A stretch of DNA of 64,000 bases from Octopus sinensis. Lineage: Eukaryota. Location of the stretch: NCBI RefSeq assembly GCF_006345805.1, contig NC_042998.1:183582001-183646000 (forward strand), read 5' to 3'. Below, one piece after another: positions 26,077 through 39,099 of the stretch (positions are counted from its first letter, which is position 1; each line of letters starts with the position of its first letter). The translations under genes were made by a program, and so were the position numbers. The notes beneath the pieces are model-generated. The model made no database searches and was not told the DNA's origin. It saw only the letters and a list, made by a program, of their open reading frames with translations.

Positions 26077-27200
26077 ATATGAGGGCTTTGATATATGAGG
26101 GTTTATCAGCTAAGGCCATAGCTGTTAGATTACCCATACAGATAAATGGTTTTCAGTGGTGAAGGCTTGAGTAGGACCAACCACAATTTTTGGAAAATGT
26201 TGATTGCATAAAAGTTGACACAAATGTTAGTGCATACATGAATCTATATATGAAGATTTACAAATGACAGATACTCAACATATTTCTACATGTATGTCTT
26301 ATGAATTTATTATATCTATATTGTTATTATCATTATTATCAACATTAATATTTGTATTCATAAAATGTATTTCCCATATTGTAATGAAACACATGTAACA
26401 TGATATTAAAATAACATCACATGTTCCAATCTTTGTTTTAATAGACAAATCCACTCACAAGTGCATAATGCATATATGTATATGGATGCCTACATACATA
26501 CATATAATCTATGAATGCATTATCATCATTTTTGTTATCATTTTAACATATAAATTTCTATGTTTCCATGAGGTAGTTTTCTGCACTTGAGAAGACATGT
26601 CAAACCAAGTGAATAGTGGTTGTTGCCAGTGCTGGTGACATGTGAATGGCATCTGTTCTGGTGACACATAAAAGCCATCTGTACCAACAACATGTAAAAG
26701 GTAGCAGTGCTGGTGACATGTGAAAGTCACATGTGCCGGTGACAGGTCAAAGATACCCAATACATTCTGTAGAGTGGTTGACTTTAGGAAGGGTATCCAG
26801 CCATAGAAACCAAGCTAAAATCAGACTAGAACTTGGTACATACAGATCTCTGGCTTACCAGTTCTAGTCAAACCATCTAACCCATGTCAACATGGAAAAT
26901 AGACATTAAATGATGATGATGATGATGATGATAATGAAAGACACTCTTTGCCGACAATTACCTGTTTCCAAGCAAGGTAACATTACCCCTTGTCAACACA
27001 TAACATCAAGGCATGGAAACACAATCACACACACACGATAGGAGCTTCTTTCAGTTTCCATCCACCAAATCCATTCAACAAGGTTTTCGTCAACATGGGC
27101 CTAAAGTAGAAAACATTTAACTACAGTACCACATGATGTGGATCAATACAACCACTCCATGGTTGGGAAGTGAACTTCTTAAATGTATACTAATACCTGC

Positions 27201-27243
<43 letters not shown>

Positions 27244-27531
27244 TATACACGTAAGCTGTTTTCTCATTTGGGAAAATTCGAGGGTTGGCAACATGAAGAG
27301 CATCCAGCCACAGAAAGATGCCTCAACAAATTTCTTCTAACCCATGCAAGCATAAAAAATTTGATGTGAAAATGATATACATACACATATATACACACAC
27401 ACATTATATGTATACATATATATATATATATACACACAAATATGCACATACATATATATACATAAAATTAGAGGGTATGTTAACCTCGTGAAGGGATGGT
27501 TGTCTGTATGTATATACATAGACACACAGAC

Positions 27532-27566
<35 letters not shown>

Positions 27567-27579
27567 TACATAGAAATAT

Positions 27580-27970
27580 ATAGGTGTAGGAGTGGGTGTG
27601 TGCTAAGTAGCTTGCTTACCAACCACATGGTTCTGGGTTCAGTCCCACTTCGTGGCAACTTGGGCAAGTGTCTTCTACTATAGCCTCGGGCAGACCAAAG
27701 CTTTGTGAGTGGATTTGGTAGAAGGTAACTGAAAGAAGCCTGTCGTATATATGTATATATATGTATGTGAGTGTGTGTATGTGTTTGTCTCCCAACATCG
27801 CTTGACAACCGATGCTGGTGTGTTTACGTCCCTGTAACCTAGCGGTTCGGCAAAAGAGACCGATAGAATAAGTACTAGGCTTACAAAGAATAAGTCCTGG
27901 GGTCGATTTGCTAGACTAAAGGCAGTGCTCCAGCATGGCCACAGTCAAATGACTGAAACAAGTAAAAGAA
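27580..27970 (+). mobile_element. SINE family A, full length
   Basis: High identity to other family A copies. Confidence 0.88.
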
Positions 27971-29136
27971 TATACATACAAATATATATATATACACACA
28001 CACATACACACATATATACATGTATACAAACACAGATATACATACATATATACATATGTACACATACACACATATTGTATATACATGTGTATATTTATAC
28101 ACATACATATATACATGTTTGTATAATTATACATGCATACACCATACACATACACAAATATATGTACATTATACACACATCATTATCATTATTTAACATC
28201 CTTCTTCAATGCTGGCATGGGTTGGGGTAAACATAACACACACACACACACTTATATACATGATATATACTCGTGTATATGTGTGCGTGTGTGTGTAATT
28301 GTCTGTAATTGTTTTCTCTATTTCATTAATCCGTTGTTCTCCTGGAGTTTTTCTGTCTGGGCCATGGTGACATTTTTTTTTTCTTTTTTCCTTTATTTCC
28401 ATACCCATTTATTTATTTATTTTTTTATTTTGTAAGCCTTTGTTTAATTTGATTTTTGGATAATGTATTATTTCAAGTGATCAATTATATAACTTAATAC
28501 CAAAAATATGTAAATATATATAGTTTTTGCACAAAAGATATTAAAGTTGATATTAATAAAGATAACATTATATAATATAATATAAAAGAGAAATGAAGTA
28601 ATAACTGATGATTTTTTTGTCATCAATTTTTTAATGAATTTTTTAATAATTAGCAATTATGTTATCACAATCCTTATAGTCAATGATTGCTTTCATCATC
28701 ATCATCATCATCAACATCACTGCCATCATCATCATCATCAACATCACTGCCATCATCATCATCATCATAATTATTATCATCATCATCATTCTAACCTTAC
28801 CTACTATCATTATCATCAGCGCCTTATTGGGTCATTAACCAAAAGAAAACGGGAGCATCTTCTCAACTCTCTCGCCTTTAATACTGAAGAAATTAAATAC
28901 TTAGTACAAAACTTCTAACTTTTCTATTGAAGAATTTGTCTGCGAGACAAAAACATAAACGCTTTTAGTGTATTTGTGTGTGTGAGTAAATATTAATGTG
29001 TGTGTGAAGCATGTGCACCAAATATACGCGTGTATTTTTTTTTTTTTCATTTTCTTCTCAGGGGGGGTGGAAAAAAACTGGAATAAGATACAACGTTAGC
29101 ATCAAGTTGAAAGAGAATATAAAATAGGTTGCTTAC

Positions 29137-29370
29137 AGAACAAAGCAGGAATCATGTCTTTCGAGTTTGGCACAGTGCGACCGTAATAAGCTGCCAGCGT
29201 TGCTGCTGCTGCTGCCGCTGCCAGTGTTGTAGTTAATGTTGTTGCTGCTGCTGCTGTTGTTGCAACAGTCTTTGGGCTTAAAGTTGCATGTTCCCAACCA
29301 TCACATTTTGCACATGGCACGTTCGCCGCCTTTTCTTCTTCCACCACAGCAACACACATACACACACAAC
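29137..29370 (-). CDS. Candidate exon of an unidentified host gene (possible start ATG at 29359)
   Basis: Acceptor (ctat)n-ccctctgtag, donor TCT|gtaagc, 234 nt, one frame open throughout (MCVAVVEEEKAANVPCAKCDGWEHATLSPKT..A/T-rich..LAAYYGRTVPNSKDMIPALF). No homology recognised; could be UTR. Confidence 0.35.
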
Positions 29371-30283
29371 CTACAGAGGGATAGATAGATAGATAGATAG
29401 ATAGATACGGACAGCAAGTTTAGCAAATTATAAACTCTGATGATAATAATAATAATAATAATAAATCAACGATCATTGTTATTAATATTACTTAATTACG
29501 CACAAGGCCATGAATGTTTTAAGAGGTTAGCAGTATGGGATACTTTTAATGTCTGTGTCCTTTGTCAAAGGAATTAAAAGTCTGTCATGAAATAAGCGTT
29601 AACCGGGAACCGAAACCAAGTTGCAAACACTATTTTGCCGAGAGCATATGTCTACAATAAATAACAATGTATGTTAGACAATAAAGTCCTTGACAGGAAA
29701 ATAGTGGAATGGGGTGCAGCTATAATATTTCTTTAACAATCAATAAACAGTTGTCAGTTCTTTTTAACACAGGCAAAGATGTTTACATTTTTATGGTGTT
29801 GTGACGTTCCTTGTCTTTCCCCGAGAGAACATTTACCTAAAACGAAAGGAAATGAGATATTGTGGTGCTGATGCTTTCATAAAGAACTTAACGTTGGTGA
29901 AATGATTCTAGCTGGAAATCGTAAATCGAATCACAGATTCACCCGCCAGAGGTGATGGTCACAGACTTCGACAACAATAATTCTGATTTGTATTTAGACA
30001 CAAAGTCATTTCCCTTATATATTATTGTATAACATAACTGCAACAATGAGCCGAGCTGTATTTATGAAAGGGAGGAAGGCTATACAATTGATTACAGTAT
30101 ATTATTGGTATTTATATATATTGAGGTATTAAAGCAGGTGAACGACTCCAACAGAGATTGAACCCGGAACAACTGGATTCACTGAGAGCCAATGTGAACA
30201 CTCGACCCGTTAGAAATAGTTGTCAAATCTCTCTCAAATCACATCTCACTCTCTTATATAAGACAGGAATCGTTAAATAATGT

Positions 30284-30323
<40 letters not shown>

Positions 30324-30836
30324 ACTAAAAAAATAGGATGGTCATGGCTGGAACGGTATTGACAATAGGTCTGCTTAATAATAAGGCTGACTTGGGTTTT
30401 AAACATCAACAGCAACAATTGGATTCGGAAGCGTATTTAAATATTTGTTACCCTACTGTCTGCACAACCATCATCACCATCATCATCATCATCAACAACA
30501 CGAAGGGCGGTAGTAATAAATAAATCCTTGTGACTTGGCTGGTATAAGGTGAATTTTGTCTGATAAAGGAATCGAATGTGTATATTACTGGTATATATCG
30601 TATCTCGTGCAGAGATTATGAATGGAAAATACTAATAATAATAATGATTTCCTTCCACAGACACAAGAATTGGTATTTCTAAAAGAACAGAAATGAGATG
30701 TTGAGGGGGTCATGCATTTCTCTGAGCATTAGCGGTCAAAATATAACGTGGTTCTTAAGAGGTTGATGGTTTTTTTTCCTAAGAACAAGTCAGGCCAAAA
30801 GAACAACCAAAAACACAAAAAAAAAGTGTGTGTGTG

Positions 30837-31265
30837 TGTAAGCATACATGTGTATATATGTGTGTGTGAGCATACATGTATATATATATGTGTGTGTGAG
30901 CATACATGTATATATATGTGAGTGAGCATACATGTATATATAAGTGTGAGCATACATGTATATATAAGTGTGTGAGCATACATGTATATGTGTGTGTGAG
31001 CATACATGTATATATATGTGTGTGAGCATACATGTATATATGTGTGTGTGAGCATACATGTATATATAAGTGTGTGTGAGCATACATGTATATATAAGTG
31101 TGTGAGCATACATGTATATATGTGTGTGTGTGTGTGAGCATACATATGTATATGTGTGTGTGTGAGCATACATGTATATATATGTGTGTGTGAGCATACA
31201 TGTATATATATGTGTGTGTGAGCATACATGTATATATATGTGTGTGTGTGAGCATACATATGTAT
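30837..31265. repeat. Minisatellite, ~24-30-bp unit (tg)n-agcatacatg-(ta)n, about 16 copies
   Basis: Invariant gagcatacatg core repeated with variable dinucleotide arms. Confidence 0.92.
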
Positions 31266-31754
31266 ATGTGCATATACATACATATATATAGTGCCAAAAA
31301 TCTTACCAATTTTTTCTTCTTTAATTCCAGTATGATAAAAGAGGAAAACAAAGCCAAATATAATATCCTAGGAGAGACGGAAAGAAATATTCTCCGCGAA
31401 CATAAATAACAGTAACACACACGCACACTTACACACACACACACAGAAACCAACGTGCCGATGGTTGGCTTCACAGAATGATGATAGTTGAAAGACTGAA
31501 AGTATAAGCTTCCCCACAAAAAGCAAAAAAAAAAAAATAAAAGATGTAGACGATGTCGATAACAGCAGCAACAACAAACGGTTGTCTAATATAGTTTTAC
31601 TATTTCTTCAGCTGCGAGTGAGGTATGACCAGGAATACGTGGGTTAGTGTTGTGAAAATACAACACTGAATCAGTCAGTATATTAGTTAAAAGTTGTTGT
31701 TCATGCTGTTCCTTGTGGAATAGAATTCTCATTCATAACGAGAGAGAGAGAGAG

Positions 31755-31786
<32 letters not shown>

Positions 31787-31984
31787 GCAACAGTAGAATG
31801 TGTGAGTGTGTGTGTTGTATTAGTTATGTTCAGAGAAGTCCAGGCCATATGAACAATGTGTGATGTATGCTCTGTATATGTGCGCGTGTGCGTGCGCCAA
31901 TGTTTTAGCATTTGTCTACCTATAAGAGTGAAACGTTTGCATTGAGAAGGAAAATAAAAACAATTACAAGTCAATAGAATCTTG

Positions 31985-34870
31985 TGGTTGTGGCGGCAGT
32001 TTTAGTGGTGGAGAGAGGTAAATCTGGAAATTTGGTGGTGGTTGCGCTATAGGTAAAAAGGGTGTTGGTGTTGCCGGGGGAGGGTGTTAATGTTGAGATA
32101 GAGGTGGAGTTTGTGAGGTGGGGGTAGAGGAAATGATGGTGGTGGTGGTGGTGGTGATAGTTGGAGTAGAGGTAAAGTAGGGGTTGCGTTAATGGAGTTT
32201 CAGGTAACGGCGATGGTGGTAGTTGGAGTAGAGGTAATGTAAGGGTGGCGTCAGTGGAGTTTGAGGTAATGGTGGTAGTGATAGTTAGAGTAGAGGTAAA
32301 GTAGAGGTAGCGTTAGTGGAGTTAGAGGTAATTGCGGTGGTGATGGTTGGAGTAGAGGTAACGTAGTAGTGGGCTTAGTTGGGGAGGACTAATGATGGTG
32401 GTGATAGTTGAGTAGAGGTAATTGGGGTGGTTATATTTGGAGTAGAGATAACATAGGGGTGGAGGTGGTAAAAGTAGAGGTAAAATAAGGGTGGCGTTAG
32501 AAGAATTTGAGGTTATGGTGGTCCAAATAGCTGCAGTAGAGGTAAAGTAGGAGCAGTGTTAGTGGACATTGTGGTAAGGTCATAGTTGGAGTAGTGGTAA
32601 TGGCGGTGGTTATACTTGGAGTAGAGGTAATGTAGGGGTGGCGTTAGTGGAGGTAGAGTTAGTGGTGATGATGATAGTTGGAGTGGAGGTAATGGAGGGG
32701 TGGCGTTGGTGGAGTTTGGGGTAATGGTGGTGGTGACATTTAGAGTAGAGGTAATTACAATGGTTGTATTTGAAGTAGAGGTAACATAGAAGTGGCATTG
32801 GTGAAGGTAGAGATAATGATGATGATGACAGTTGGAGTAGAGGTAATTGCAATGGTTATATTTAGAGAAGAGGTAATTGCAATGGTTATATTTGGAGTAG
32901 AGGTAATTGCAATGGTTATATTTGGAGTAGAGGTAACATAGGGGTGGCATTAGTGGAGTTTGAGGTAATGGTGGTGGTGATATATAGAGTACCAGTAATG
33001 TAGAGGTAGTGTTCGTGGAAATTGGTGGTGGTGGTGATAGTTGGAGTAGAGGTAAAGAAGAAGTGGTGTTAGTGGAGATAGAGGCAATATAGTTGTGTTA
33101 GTTGTCACTGAGGCAATCTTGTGGCTGTAGCATTAGTAGAGGCAGAGATGATATAGTTTGGGGTTAGAGGAAGTTGAGGTGATACGTTGTGGACATGTTA
33201 GAGGAGTGGTGTTGCTTTTGGAGATAGAGGTTACAAGATAACTGTGTTAGTTTAAGTAATGTGGAAGTGGTGATATTAGTGGAAGAAGGGGTTAAGTTGT
33301 GGTAATAGTGTTAAAAGAAGTAAATGTGATAATGACAGTAATGGAGGAGATGAAGGTGAGCAATGTGATGATGGTGAATTTAATGGAGGCCAAGAGGTAA
33401 TTTTGTGATGATGGTAGTATGGATGTAGAGTCATGAAATTGTGACTTTTGTTGGGTGTTGGTGAAAGTAATGTGATAGCAGGAAAGATAGTAAAGGAGAG
33501 GTAATGTGATGGTGTCTGTGGAAATAGAGGTAATGAAATGTTGGTTGGTTCAGTGGCAGTTGAAGGTAAACATTCAGGTGGTGCTGGGGTAAGGGAATGA
33601 AAATAATGTGATATGGGTGGGTTAATGGAATTGGAGGTCATGGGCTACTGGTGATCGAATTTGTGGAAATAAGAGATAAGAGGTAATGTGGAAAATGGAT
33701 GTTATGTGGTAGTGTTAGTGGAGAGGCATGATAATGTGATATTAGTGGAAATTCAGGTAATAGAAGTAGAGGTAATGTGGTGGTAAGAGTGGGGGTAAAG
33801 GTAATATGGTGGGGTGAAGTTTGAGTTTAGGCAGTGGTGGTGTTGGTGGATGTAGAGACAATGTGGTTGTGATGTGGGTAGTGGTGGAGTTGGAGTCAAT
33901 ATGGTGGTGGTGTTGGTGGATGTAGAGGTAATGTGATGGAGGTGGAGGTAATGGGTGAGTTGGGGTAATATGGTGTTGGTGTTGGTGAAGATAATGTGGA
34001 AATGGTGTTAATGGAAGTAAAGGTAATGTGGCGGTGTCGGTAGAGTTGGAGGTAATGCAGTGATGGTGTTGGTGGAGGAAAAGGCAATGTGTTGGTGTTA
34101 TTGCTGGAGGTAGCGATAACGTATTGGTGTTGCTGGAGGTAATATAGTGAGGATGGATGGAGGCAATGTGGTGATGGTGTTAGGTTAAGCAATGTGCTCG
34201 TGGTATCTGTTGAGATAACGTAGTGGTGTAAGTTGAGGTAGAGGTGATGGTGGTGATTGGTATGGGTAGTGGCGGGGGTAAAGTAGTGGTGTTAGCCATG
34301 GTAGAGGTAACGCAATGGTAGTAGAGGCAGTGTTAGTGGTGGTGGTGGTGGGTGATGGTAATGGAAGTGTTAGTGGTGGCAGACGTGTTAATGTGTTGGT
34401 AGTATTTGTGTTAGAAAATAGTATTGGTAAATTGAGGCAGAGGTGATGTGGTGGCGGTGATATTGGCGATAGCGGCGGTGGTGGTGGTGGTGGTGGTGGT
34501 GGTAGTGAAGGTAATTGTTGATGATGTTAATTATCGCAGAAGTAATAATGGTTTCATTGGGAAGTAAAAGGTGATGCGAGCACATGATGTTAACGGTACT
34601 GGAGTTAGCAGAGATGGTGTTGATGATACAAATGACATTGACGATGGTGATGGTGATGACGATGGTGGTGATGACGGTGGTGGTGGTGCTAGTGGCGACG
34701 ACTACGAAGGTAGCGTGCTGGTGGTGGTGGCGTTGGTGGTGTTGACGCGATAACAGTACAGGCAGCTGTGGCGGCGGCGGCGGTGGTGGTGGTGGTGAAG
34801 GCGAGGGGCGGCAGCTGTTGTGGGGGAAGGAGTTTTTATGGGAGGGTCGAGGCGGGGCTGGAAGGCGATG
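31985..34870 (+). repeat. G-rich strand-asymmetric cryptic satellite / low-complexity tract
   Basis: Recurrent ggagtagaggtaa motif in 30-bp and ~60-bp units (three near-perfect 30-mers at 32831-32920), decaying into (GGT)n/(GGC)n. Confidence 0.85.
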
Positions 34871-34935
34871 GGGTAGTGGTAGTGATGCTGAAAAGAGAGG
34901 AAAGGGATCAACAACAGACAAATACTTCTGAAACA

Positions 34936-34977
<42 letters not shown>

Positions 34978-36290
34978 TACTACAAAGTTCCGGTAGTCTG
35001 TCTAGAGAAGAGAGAAAGGGAGAGAGATAGAGAGAGAGAGAGAGAGGGAGGGAGGGGGGATGAAATAGTAAGTGTGCCTATACAGGGAGCAGGGTTATCT
35101 TGTTTGAAAGACTTAGTCTAATTAGGTCCCCACCCTTCCAACCCATCTTCACCTCCTTGATTTTTCTTTCTTTTCACCTATATATATATATATATATGTA
35201 CACACACACACACACGCACACACACACACATACATACACACACGCACGCACACACATGTTATTGTGTGTGTGTGTGCGTGTACTGTTCTTAATTGTTGCT
35301 TGTTGTACTAGTATCATCATCATCGTCATCATCATTATTATTATTATTATTATTATCATTATTATTATTATTATTATTAGTAGTAGTAGTAGTAGTGAAG
35401 GATGATAGTGATGATGGTATTGATAATAATTGATGATGGTATATGTATATATATGATGATGATATAACGAGGCCAAGCCAAAAAAAAAAAGTATTAATGA
35501 CGAAAATGGTTATGTCGTTAATAAGGATGCTGTTGCTGCTGCTGTTGATGATGATGATGATGATAGTGGTATTGTTATTTAATGCTATTGTTGATGTTTA
35601 TAAGTCTTAAATTAGCCCTGATTGAGCAAGAACTCTGTTGAGAAGCTTTCCAAGCGTGACCAGCCCGCCGTTTTTCCTATGTGCAGGAAATTTAGCACTA
35701 CATTACTTGATGTCTTTTTTTTTTTGTAAGACAGGTGGAGTTGGGGGTGGGGTGTTTCGAGTGAGAGAGTTAGCTGCTCTTTCTAGCAGGTCGTTCAACA
35801 TGCTAAAAATAGCGCGCCTCCAAATGGCTCGTCAATAATGATGACGACGGCGACGACGACGATGATGATGATGGTAGGTTCTAGGGCAAAGACAAGAGTA
35901 GTAGTAGTAGTGGTGGTGGTGGTGGTAGTAGTAGTAGTAGTATTGATAGTGGTAATGAGGGTAATGTGTTGGTAATCAGGCGAAGGGTAGAGGTAAGTTG
36001 TGGTAGTGGTGGGGTGATGATGGTGTTAGTACTGGTGATAAAGAGTTAGATAAATGGGGGGTGAAGATACCACCACCACCAACAACACCACCACCAGCAC
36101 CACCACCCTGCCCATACAAGAAAAGAATACTGCTACTGCCATCTACAGTGAAGGTTTCTTGTTGCTAATTTACATTGCCAGAACTCAAACTCTGTAGCCA
36201 AAATATATATACACTACATTTACATCGCTAGCTGTCAAATATAGGCAGCAACACACACATACGAACATAGCACAAGTCATACATACATAC

Positions 36291-36510
36291 CTTCGGTGTT
36301 CAAAATATCTATTTCACACACACTGATATCCATTTATCTCATAGTTACCTTCTTTCTTCGCTTAAACGTATTCTCTCTCTCTTATACACACACGCATAAA
36401 AACCCAACCATGCTTTTTCATCCAAAGTCCATTCATCTATTTTTTTTTCCCTCTCTACCTTCGTACAGACTCAATACATTCACGTCTCAGTCCTACAATC
36501 ACCAATCGCC
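36291..36510 (-). promoter_or_regulatory. Candidate promoter / first non-coding exon of a minus-strand gene
   Basis: CCAAT-type motif (caccaatcgcc, ~36490-36500), CpG retention, strong donor CCGAAG|gtatgt at 36291/36290. Confidence 0.25.
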
Positions 36511-36621
36511 AAAAGATAAGGTTAACTTGGACGAGATTAGAATGAGTTTAATGCTTAGTTTGAACTGTAGCAGTTTAGCGGTTGAAAGTACCTCGTGTGC
36601 ATATGTTCTTGCGCGCGCGTG

Positions 36622-36656
<35 letters not shown>

Positions 36657-36678
36657 TCACACATACATATCTATTTTT

Positions 36679-36905
36679 TTACTACCCACAAGGGGCTAAA
36701 CACAGAGGGGACAAACAAGGACAGACAAACGGATTAAGTCGATTATATCGACTCCAGTGCATAACTGGTAGTTATTTAATCGACCCCGAAAGGAGGAAAG
36801 GCAAAGTCGACCTCGGCGGAATTTGAACTCAGAACGTAACGGCAGACGAAATACGGCTACGCATTTCACCCGGCGTGCTAACGTTTCTGCCAGCTCGCCG
36901 CCTTC
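36679..36905 (-). mobile_element. SINE family B, full length, CpG-intact
   Basis: Reverse complement of the 37637 and 51913 copies; about 18 CpGs retained. Confidence 0.9.
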
Positions 36906-36925
36906 ACACATACATATCATCAACA

Positions 36926-37130
36926 CAATCATTTAACGTCTGTTTTCCATGCTGGCATGGATTGGCCGGTTTGGTAGGATCTTGGCAAGCTACAGGGCCA
37001 CACTAAGTTCCAATGTCAACTCTGACGTGGTTTCTACAGCTGGATGCCTTTCCTAATGCCAACCACTTAAGTGTGTACTGCCTGCTTTTTTTTTTCATGT
37101 AGCCAGCACCAGTGAGGTTGCCAAATAAGC
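36926..37130 (-). mobile_element. Family C element, decayed
   Basis: atttaacgtctgttttccatgctggcatgg..tttctacagctggatgcc. Confidence 0.7.
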
Positions 37131-37412
37131 TGCAAGACAGAAAAACAATGGGGAAACGGTGTGTGTGTGTGTGAGTGTCTAGGGGGATCCCTATAATTAA
37201 ATAGAGTGGGTGGGTGAGTATTTGGGAGGGGTATGTGACTTAATACCTGACATTCAAAGGTTATAATGTGATAGAGGGACAAGTACAAGTGTCTTGCTAT
37301 AAGAGGAGATACATGGCTACCCCACATTATATAGGGAGGGGCGGAAAGGAAGTAACAATGATAGTGAGGGGAGCCAGAACAAACTCTCAAGAAACAAGAA
37401 TATACCAGACAT

Positions 37413-38069
37413 AAGGTGGCAAGCTGGCAGAATCATTAGCATGTCAGAAAACCTGCTTAGCAGTATTTTCTCTGTTTTTATATTCTGAGTTCAAATTCTG
37501 CCAAGGTTGACTTTGCCTTTCATCCTTTTGGAGTTGATAAAATAAGCACCAGTCAAGCAGTGGGGGCGATGCAATTGACTAGCCTTCTCTCCCAAAATTT
37601 CAGGCCTTGTGCCTATAGTAGAAAGGAATATCTACCACAGCGGTGGGCTGGCAGAAACGTTAGCACGCCGGGCAAAATGCTTAGCGGTATTTCGTCTGCC
37701 GTTATGTTCTGAGTTCAAATTCCACCGAGGTCGACTTTGCTTTTCATCCTTTCAGGATTGATTAAATAAGTACCAGTTATGCACTGGGGTTGATATAATC
37801 GACTTAATCCGTTTGTCTGTCCTTGTTTGTCCTCTCTGTGTTTAGCCCCTTGTGGGTAGTAAAGAAATAGGTATTTCGTCTGCCGCTACATTCTGAGTTC
37901 AAATTCTGCCAAGGTCGACTTTGCCTTTCATCCTTTTGAGGTCGATTAAATAAGTACCAGTTACGCACTAGGGTTGATATAATCGACTTAATCCGTTTGT
38001 CTGTCCTTGTTGTCCCCTCTGTGTGTAGCCCCTTGTGGGCAATAAAGAAATAAGAAAGGAATATCTACC
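37413..38069 (+). mobile_element. Family B SINE (37413-37630) with a younger family B head-to-tail dimer (37637-38052) inserted in its tail
   Basis: 17-bp TSD agaaaggaatatctacc at 37620-37636 and 38053-38069; second monomer is 5'-truncated. Confidence 0.85.
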
Positions 38070-39099
38070 CGGCGTACATTCCAATAATTTTCATATATTT
38101 CTTATACTCAGGTTTTTGACCAACTCAGTTACTTTACTGTATTAGCATATAAGTGTCTGAGTATTCCTGTGCACCATTAATGTAATCTTTGAGTAGACAT
38201 AGTGTGACAAAGCTGACCTGTTGTATTATTACTAGTTCAGTCTGCCTGAAGGGCTTCCACATGGTTTCCATCTATTTAATTTCATTTACTTTTTATCTTT
38301 ACTTCAGTCATTGCATTATGGCCATGCTAGAGCACTGCCTTGAAGGGTTATAGTTGAACAAATTGACCCGGTACTTGGAACACACATATACACACAACAG
38401 GCTTCCATGCAGTTTCTGCCTACCAAATTCACTCACAAGGGCTATTGTAGAAGACCTTGTTCAAAGTGTTGCACAGTGGAACAGAACCCCAATCTATGTG
38501 ACTACAGAGCAAGCTTCTTAACTACACAGCCATGCCTGCATCTATATAAATAAGACTTAAGTCAACCTGGGGCTTTAGTGAAAGATACTAACCCAAGGTG
38601 CCATGCAGTGAGATCAAACCTGGAGTCTCATGATTGCAAAGTGAACTTCTTAATTACACAGTCATACCTGCATCCTTAGCTGCATTCATACACACACACT
38701 CGCAAGCAGAACACATAGATACTAGTTAGAGTTCCATTAATATTCATACATTCCTTAAGTGTTTGCGCTCTCCGTCTCTCAAAAGTGCATACACACATAT
38801 ATGCATACACATGTTTATGCAATTGTGCATTATCTAATGTTTATAGATTTCATTACCCAAAGAAACAAAGACCCAATAATGGTCGGTTTTATTGTAAAGA
38901 ATTGCAATTCTTCAGCACTACCCTCTGTAATAATGAAATACACTGAAGTGCGGCTAAACCACATGCCGTATTAAATTATTCCATTCTGTTCTATTCTCAG
39001 TACTAAACCTACCACAACATTTTATAGACATGTCAAGGAATCGACTATTTCAGCTTTCTAACACTCAGATATTCAAATATTTTCCCCTAAAGAAGGAAT

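Noticed and set aside
31612-31622. Plus-strand 11-nt micro-exon (ttttactatttcttcag|CTGCGAGTGAG|gtatga); similar 19-nt minus candidate at ~675-693
   Set aside because: Good splice signals, but expected by chance in 64 kb of AT-rich DNA and no partner exons identified.
32513-34192. Mucin-like Thr/Pro/Ser ORFs on the minus strand of the G-rich tract
   Set aside because: The ORFs drift between the TSTPT, YLYS and LPLL readings of the repeat unit, showing frame-breaking indels and no coding constraint.
34388-34921. 177-aa Pro/His/Thr-rich ORF with an upstream tttcag acceptor
   Set aside because: Low-complexity trinucleotide sequence, no recognisable domain and no convincing donor; cannot be supported without RNA data.
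36296-36826. 176-aa ORF, one of the longest listed
   Set aside because: Spans (CA)n and the reversed family B SINE; a composite of non-coding parts.
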